DNA of 64,000 nt, taken from positions 320,001 to 384,000 of the forward strand of contig CAWFKH010000006.1 in assembly GCA_963816355.1 (NCBI GenBank). The letters run 5' to 3'. The translations under genes and the position numbers were made by a program. This document shows, piece after piece, positions 57,940-64,000 of this stretch. The notes beneath the pieces were generated by a model. The model was not told the origin of the DNA. It saw only the letters and a program-made list of their open reading frames with translations, and did not search any database. Position 1 is the first letter of the stretch. Every line of letters starts with the position of its first letter. Origin of the DNA: an uncultured Gemmatimonadales bacterium (GTDB lineage Bacteria > Gemmatimonadota > Gemmatimonadetes > Longimicrobiales > RSA9).

Positions 57940-59525
57940 CCGACGGCGACGCGGGTGGCGCGCGGCGAACGGTGCCGCGCCTCCTCGGCGGCGAGGCGGG
58001 ACCAGCGGGCGTCGAGCACGGCCCTCGGCGGGCCGTCGGCGCGTGCCTCGTCGTGGAGCAGCGTGCGGACGCGCCGATAGAACGGCGTCGTGTAGGTGCC
58101 GTGGAAGAGCATGGCGAGGTCGTCCGTGTCGGCCCAGTTGCGCTTCACGCCCAGCTCTTCGGCGACCCTCTCGTGGAAGCGCGTGCCCGGCAGGGGGTAG
58201 GCGACCGAGACGCCGACGTCGTCCGGCCGCTCCTCGCGCAGCAGGTCTCGCGTCTGCACGATCTCCGGCCAGCCTTCGCCCGGATAGCCGAGCTGGATGA
58301 ACCAGCACGCGCGGACGCCGTGCGCCTTCAGCGTGCGCGTGGCGTCGCGCGCCTGCTGCACGGTCGAGCCCTTCTCCATCGCGTCGAGAACCGCCTGCGA
58401 GCCGGACTCGACGCCCATCCAGACCTCTTCGGCGCCCGCCGCGGCCAGCGCGGCGACCGCCGCCGGCCGCATCAGGTTCACCCGCGACTGGATCATGAAC
58501 GGGATCCGCGCGCCCCGCCGCCGCACCTCCTCGCCGAACGCCTCGATCCAGGCGGGCGTGAGGCCGAAGATGTCGTCGGCGAACCAGACGTGGTCCGGCG
58601 CCACCTCGCGACGCAGCCGCGCCAGCTCCTCCGCCACGCTCGCCGGCGAGCGCTGCGAGTAGCGGCGGCCGAAGACCGGCTTCGCGCACCAGTTGCAGCC
58701 GTAGGGGCAGCCGCGCGACGTCACGACGTTCCAGGAGAGGCGCCCGTGCGCTCGCGTCCACGCCGTGCGATACGCCTCCACGTCGACCAGGTCCCAGGCC
58801 GGGAAGGGCAGCGCGTCCAGGTCCTGCTCCGCTGTCCGCGCCGGCGTCCGCCGCACGCCGCTCGCGCCGCCGGCACCGGCCCCGTTCAGGGCCAGGACGG
58901 GGAGGCGTCCGGACCGGGCGGCCGCATCTCCGGTGTGGTCCGACCGGCCGCTCCCGGCGCCGCCGCGTCGCGCCGGCGGAACGGCGCGCGCCGCCGGCAG
59001 CGCGAGCCCGGCGACGTCGCCCAGCGCGTCGCCGCTGGCGAGCCAGCGCTCCGCCACCTCCGCGAACGCGCGCTCCGCCTCGCCGAGGATGACGGCGTCG
59101 GCTCCCGCCTCGAGGTAGATCTCCGGCCGGTCGACGGCATCCGAGCCGTTCACCGCGACCCGGCACCCGCGCTCGTGCGCCGCCCGCACCATCGCGAGCG
59201 TGGCCTCGCGCATGCGGAGGGTGCACATCTTCGTCAGGAAGTTGAAATTGTCCTCGAGTATCCCCACGACCGCCGGCCGCTCGCGCTCCAGCGCGGCGGT
59301 GAAGGCGTCGACGTCGGCGGCGAGCATCGCGTCGAAGAAGGCGATGTCGTGTCCGCGCTCGCGCAGCAGCGCCGCGGCGAGCAGGGTCGCCAGCGGCGGA
59401 TACGGCTTCATCTTCTCCACCTGCTTCGCGTCGAGGCGGAGAAAGTACGAATGAGCGAGGAGGATCTTGCGCGTGGACGGCAACGGGCGCCTCCCGGCGT
59501 CTCGGTTCGGGATCGGCTCTGACAC
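57936..59525 (-). CDS. Cobalamin-binding domain radical SAM enzyme
   Basis: KMKPYPPLATL, VILGEAE, TSRGCPYGCNWC, WFADDIFG, GVESGSQ, YPLPGT. Start uncertain (GTG 59525). Confidence 0.9.
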   Translation of the reverse strand: MSEPIPNRDAGRRPLPSTRKILLAHSYFLRLDAKQVEKMKPYPPLATLLAAALLRERGHDIAFFDAMLAADVDAFTAALERERPAVVGILEDNFNFLTKMCTLRMREATLAMVRAAHERGCRVAVNGSDAVDRPEIYLEAGADAVILGEAERAFAEVAERWLASGDALGDVAGLALPAARAVPPARRGGAGSGRSDHTGDAAARSGRLPVLALNGAGAGGASGVRRTPARTAEQDLDALPFPAWDLVDVEAYRTAWTRAHGRLSWNVVTSRGCPYGCNWCAKPVFGRRYSQRSPASVAEELARLRREVAPDHVWFADDIFGLTPAWIEAFGEEVRRRGARIPFMIQSRVNLMRPAAVAALAAAGAEEVWMGVESGSQAVLDAMEKGSTVQQARDATRTLKAHGVRACWFIQLGYPGEGWPEIVQTRDLLREERPDDVGVSVAYPLPGTRFHERVAEELGVKRNWADTDDLAMLFHGTYTTPFYRRVRTLLHDEARADGPPRAVLDARWSRLAAEEARHRSPRATRVAVG

Positions 59526-60567
59526 GTCGACTAATTCATCGGATGCGCCGGCCGGTTCCGCGCCCGGTCGGATCACGCTGCCGATCCTCGGCATCGCCGT
59601 CCGCTTCGAGGTCGCGGATGCCGCCCTCGCGGCGGCGGTCGAGGCGGCGTACGGCGCCTGGCGCGGCGTGGGCGTCGACGCCGCCGACGCGGCGCCCCTC
59701 GTCACGATCCGCGTCGCGCCGCAAGCGGCCGTCGCCACGCGGCCGGCCGCCGCGGTGGGCGCGCCGGCCGCGCCGGCCGAGGCGCCGCGCATCCGGGCGT
59801 GGAACGAGCGGCTCACGCTCGACGGCGAGGGCGTTCGGGCGGCGGCCGATGCGCGCCGCCGCCGCGCGTGGTGCCGCGTCGATCCGGCGCTCGCCGCCGA
59901 CGGCCGACGCCTGCGCTCGGAAGCGCTCGACACGCTGCTGCTCTTCCTCCTCACGCGCCTCGACCGACAGCCGCTCCACGCCGCGTGCGTCGCGCTCGGC
60001 GACGTCGCCGCCGTGCTCGCCGGGCCGCCGGGCGCGGGCAAGAGCACCCTCGCCTGGGAGGCCGCGCGCGCCGGGCTGCGCGTGGTCAGCGAGGATGCGG
60101 TCTACATCCAGCTCGAGCCCCGCTTGCGCGTGTGGGGCTGGCCCGGCGCGATCCATCTCGCGCCAGCCGACGCCGAACGGCTGCCGGAGTCGGCGATGGC
60201 GCCGCTGCGTATCCGGGGCGGCCGCTGGAAGCACGCGCTCGACTCCGCCGCGCTCGCGCCCGCGTACGCGGAGCGCGCGCTGCTCTTCGTGCTGCGCCCC
60301 GGCGCGGATCGGGCGGCCGCCTCGCCGCTGCCGGTGGAGCGCGCCGTCCGGGAGCTCGCGACGTCGCTGGAGCCTGGATTCGACGTCTTCCGTCGCACGC
60401 TGCCGGCGGCGATCCGCGCGCTCGCAGCGGGGGGCTGCCATCGGCTGGCCTTGAGCGGGGAGGGCGCGGCGGCGATCGAGGTGGTGAGGGCGGTGATCGA
60501 GTCCGGCGGCGCGGGCGGCGCGGGCGGCGAGGCGGGCGAGGCCAGCGACGCAGGCGGGGGTGGCTGA
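59467..60567 (+). CDS. HPr kinase-like P-loop kinase
   Basis: LHAACV......LAGPPGAGKSTLA....VSED. True start probably downstream of 59540. Confidence 0.7.
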   Translation: MRVDGNGRLPASRFGIGSDTSTNSSDAPAGSAPGRITLPILGIAVRFEVADAALAAAVEAAYGAWRGVGVDAADAAPLVTIRVAPQAAVATRPAAAVGAPAAPAEAPRIRAWNERLTLDGEGVRAAADARRRRAWCRVDPALAADGRRLRSEALDTLLLFLLTRLDRQPLHAACVALGDVAAVLAGPPGAGKSTLAWEAARAGLRVVSEDAVYIQLEPRLRVWGWPGAIHLAPADAERLPESAMAPLRIRGGRWKHALDSAALAPAYAERALLFVLRPGADRAAASPLPVERAVRELATSLEPGFDVFRRTLPAAIRALAAGGCHRLALSGEGAAAIEVVRAVIESGGAGGAGGEAGEASDAGGGG

Positions 60568-60569
60568 AG

Positions 60570-62080
60570 TCAGGGGTGGAGGCGCAACCCGACCTCGGCG
60601 GACGCGGCGCTCCAGCCGGCGCCTCTCTCGCCGCGGTAGCGGGCGTAGGCTTCCAGGTCGCGTCCGGGGCGCCACGCCACGCCCGCCTCGCCGCCGAGGC
60701 TTCGCCCCTCGTGGACCGGCGCGTAGAGGTTCTCGGGACCGCGCCGGCGGCGGAAGACGACGGCGTCGACGCGCAGCGTCGCGGCGGCGAGGTCGGCGTC
60801 GCCGTAGAGGCGCCATTCCGTGCCGTTGCCGCCGAGCGGGTTGCCGAGGGGCGCGCGCTCGTCCATCCACGGCAGGGCGGAGTGACGGTACCACGGTGGG
60901 TTGCCGCAGCAGTGGCGGGCGAATCCGGTGTACTGGAGGCCCAGCGCTAGCGCCGGGGCGCCGGGCACGGCCGCGATCCGCGCGCCCGCGATGACGCCGG
61001 GCACGTGGAAGTACGAGAGCCCCATGTCGTCGAATCCCCACTCGCCGTAGAGCAGGAGCGGCAAGCTCGCGAGCGGAGGACGCCACCGCGCCTCGACCGA
61101 TGCGACCTGGTTTTCCGTCTCACCGTGCGCGCCGCCGCCCAGTCCGAGAAGCAGCGTCGGAATCTCGCCGATCGTGAGGCCGCTGTTTCCTTCGCCGCCG
61201 AACGCCGCGGCGCGCGTCGCGGCGATCCGCAGGCGCGCGTGCGGCCGGATGGAGACGCGTAGCGCCCAGAACCACGGGTGCGCCACAGCCGCCCGCGGCG
61301 TGCAGTCGCGCGGCGAACGTCTCGGCTCTCACGGGGCCGAGCGTGCGCAGGAAGGCGGGGAGGTGGACGTCGTCGGCGAGGAAGAGGCCGGCGCCGTCGA
61401 ACGGCGTCGAGCCCGAGAGCACCACGGAGCCGCCGGACGCGGCGCCGTAGTCGATCGGACGGCGGCCCGCCCACAGCCCGAGCCACCCCACCCGGCCGGC
61501 CAGGTACGCCACGTCCAGCCCGGCGTGCTCTCGGGTCCACTCGCCCGCCGCCTCCGCCACGCCACCCTCCGGGAGGCGCACTGCCGCGCCGCCGGCGACG
61601 AAGGGGAGGGAAGCGGCGGGCACCGGTGCCGGCGCCACGCGGAGCGCGTCGCGGTCGTAGCCGGCGAGGAGCGTCCCGCGCCGCGTCCGGGCACCGACCG
61701 CGACCCGCGCGAGGTAGAGCGGCGCGCGCGCGGCCGGGGCGTCCGCGCCCGCCGGGGGCCGAGCGCCCCCGTCCCCGTGGCCGAGCTCTTCGCGCAGGCG
61801 GTCCGCGTAGGCCGAGGCGAGGCGGCGCGCGGGCGGCGCCGACGCTTCTTCGGCGGCGGCCGCGAATGCGCGCTCCGCCTCTTCCACGGTGATCGAACCC
61901 GCGCCGGGGTCGATGCCGCCCGGAAATCGCGCCCATTGCGTCGAGCCGTGCAAGTGCGCGCAGCGCCCAATGGCCGCGCGGCAGGAACGGCGCCGCGGCC
62001 GCCTGTCCCAAGGCCGCGCCGGCGCAGGAGAGCGTCAGGAGCACGGCGGCGATCCCGACGCCGAAGCCGCGGCGCATCAT
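60570..62080 (-). CDS. Capsule assembly Wzi family outer-membrane protein, two frameshifts (~61925 and ~61290)
   Basis: Signal peptide and HWA..ALARL N-terminus; GRRPIDYG..SGGSVVLS; R.SIRP..RLRIAATRAAAFGG; NQVAS, YGEWGFDD, WYRH, PLG.PLG; split over three frames. Confidence 0.65.
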
Positions 62081-63928
62081 CCGCCGCCCGCAGCGGCCGC
62101 GTCTGCCTCCGCGGCGACCGCGGCGGCGCGCCCGCCGCCGTTCGTAACCGCCTCTCGCGCCTCCGCCGCGGCCGCTTCGATCGCAGCCACCCGACGTTCG
62201 GCGCCGTCTGCCGACACCTCGCGGACGCGGCCGTCCGCGACCTCGTAGACACGATCCGCGATCGCGGCGAGCGGCCCGTGGTGCGTCGCCAGGACGATGG
62301 TCGCGCGGCCGCGCAGGCCGTCGATCGCGCGCGCGACCTCCGCCGCGGTCCGCGCATCCAGCTCCGCCGTCGCTTCGTCGAGAAGCAGCACGTGGGGTTC
62401 CCGGGCGAGCGCCCGGGCGAGCGCGACGCGGCGCCGCTCGCCTCCGGAAAGCAGGTCGCCGCGCTCCCCGATCGGTGCGCCGGCCCCTCCGCGGACGCGC
62501 GCGATGTCGGCCGCCGCGGCCGCCTCGAGCGCGCGCTCGACCCGCTCCGCGGCGGCCGGCTCACCGCACGCGACGTTGGCCGCGATCGAGTCGTCGAGCA
62601 GACGGTCGTCCTGCGGCACGTAGCCGATGCCGCTCCGCCACGCGCGCATGTCGAGCGCGGCGAGCGCGACGCCGCCGACGCGTATCTCGCCCACTTCGAC
62701 CGGGACGAGCCCGGCCACCACGTCGAGCAGCGTCGTCTTGCCCGCGCCGGAACGGCCGACGAGCGCCGTGATCGAGCCGGCGGGCGCGGTGAGCGTGACG
62801 CGGTCGAGGACTTCGCGGCCCCGGCGTCGCACACAGACCTCATGCAGCTCGATCGTGGGTGGAGCGTCGGGCGGCGGCGACGGTGCCGGCGGCGCGTTCG
62901 GCGGCCGCGTCGGCGTCGCCGATCTCGCGCGACAGCGAGCGCAGGGCGGACGCGGATGCGCCCGCCGCCTGATACTCCGACTGCACGGCCTGGAAGCGCG
63001 ACGCCATGCGCTGCAGCAGCAGCGCCAGGAGCAGCAACTCGGGGAGGTGCAGTCCGCCCCACTCGACGGCCGCGTAGATGCCGGTGGCGATGAGCGCCGC
63101 CACGAGCGGCTCCTGGAAGGAGCGCAGACCCTCTGCGGCGCGGACCTGCGCGCGCTCGGCCCTGCGCAGCGCGGCCGCCTCGCGCTCGATCGTCGGCAGG
63201 AACGCGGCCTCGCGGCCCATCGCCTTGATCGGCTTGAGCGCGTTCAGCACGTCCAGCGTGCGCGCCAGCAGGCGACGTCCGCGCCGCACCTGCGCCGCGC
63301 CGGCGCGGTGGCTCGCGCCGACCCAGCCCGCGAGCGCGACGCCGAGGGCGAGCGTGGCGACGAGCGTGGCGAGGCCGAGCTTCCATGAGACCACGACGAC
63401 GAGGGACGCGTAGACCCCGAGCTGGATCGCGCCCGCGAGCGCGGCGCACGCGTCGCGGTAGGCGTACGCGGCCCACTGCGCCTCGCGGATCAGGGCCGAG
63501 GCGAGGTGGCCGGAAGGTCGCTCTTCGAGGTAGCCCCACCGCGCTCCGAGGAGTCCGCGCACGAGCCGCAGGCGGAAGCGCTCCGCCGTCTCCGCGACGA
63601 CGGCGCCGACGTGCGCCATGGCCACCCAGCGCAACAGCGCCTTCGTGGCGAGCGCGACGGCGATCGCCGCCAGCAGGACGCCGAGCGTCGGCGGCAGGCC
63701 GAGCGCGCGCAGTCCATTCAGGATCGCGCGGCCGGGGCCCGAGTCGGCGCCGTCACCCACCAGCGCCTGCAGGGCGGGAAGCAGCGCGGCCAGCCCGACG
63801 CCTTCCGCCACGCCCGCGAGCGCCAGCAGCCCGACGAGCAGTGCCGTGCGGAACGGGTGCTCCGCGATCAGCGGGCGCAGGCCGCGCCAGAGCACGCGGC
63901 GGGTCGGGTCGGATCGCCTGCAGGTCAT
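62077..63928 (-). CDS. ABC exporter (fused TMD and NBD), frameshifted near 62877
   Basis: TMD with AEGVGLAALLP; NBD with GRSGAGKTT, LSGGERRR, LLLDEAT; linker PPTIELHEV is out of frame with the TMD. Confidence 0.85.
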
Positions 63929-64000
63929 CGCCCGACGAATCCGTGCCGCCGTCCCGCCGTTCCCCGGGAACGCCCCGCCCGCTCGTCGGATTCGCTGGGA

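Noticed and set aside
50480..64000. RiPP precursor peptide inside the radical SAM cluster
   Set aside because: The genes overlap or abut, leaving no room, and no short ORF with leader/core features was seen. It cannot be excluded beyond the window edge.

Overview
Very GC-rich chromosomal window with no phage, integrase or CRISPR array. Gene content (three ADOP duplicated orphan permeases with two PadR genes, BBP2-type porin, S9 peptidase, TolC/RND pumps) suggests a diderm such as Gemmatimonadota or Acidobacteriota; this is inference only. Left to right: cyclase and RidA; a CutF/CruR-like Cys/Pro leader ORF ahead of a porin / His-rich membrane protein / FMN-bind-like operon; three-gene pnt plus an NhaP antiporter; a histone H1-like PAKK protein; citrate synthase; S9 peptidase; ADOP/PadR pairs; tesB; aldo-keto reductase; a SET protein; tRNA-Ser(CGA); hemQ/chdC; a pseudo-receiver / KaiC-like / GAF kinase module; a large covarying hairpin array; two divergent RND systems around a two-component system; aroF-chorismate mutase-tyrA behind a Tyr-codon attenuator; and a ~13 kb biosynthetic cluster (two B12 radical SAM enzymes, four methyltransferases, amidohydrolase, nucleotidyltransferase, HprK-like kinase, Wzi, ABC exporter) that probably continues past the right edge. 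Five genes carry small frameshifts, probably long-read consensus errors. The best leads are (1) a putative metal-sensing ribosome-arrest leader whose Pro codons pair with the porin Shine-Dalgarno, (2) a tyrosine attenuator with complete terminator/antiterminator geometry, and (3) the cobalamin radical SAM cluster. All family calls come from motif recognition by eye, not from database searches.
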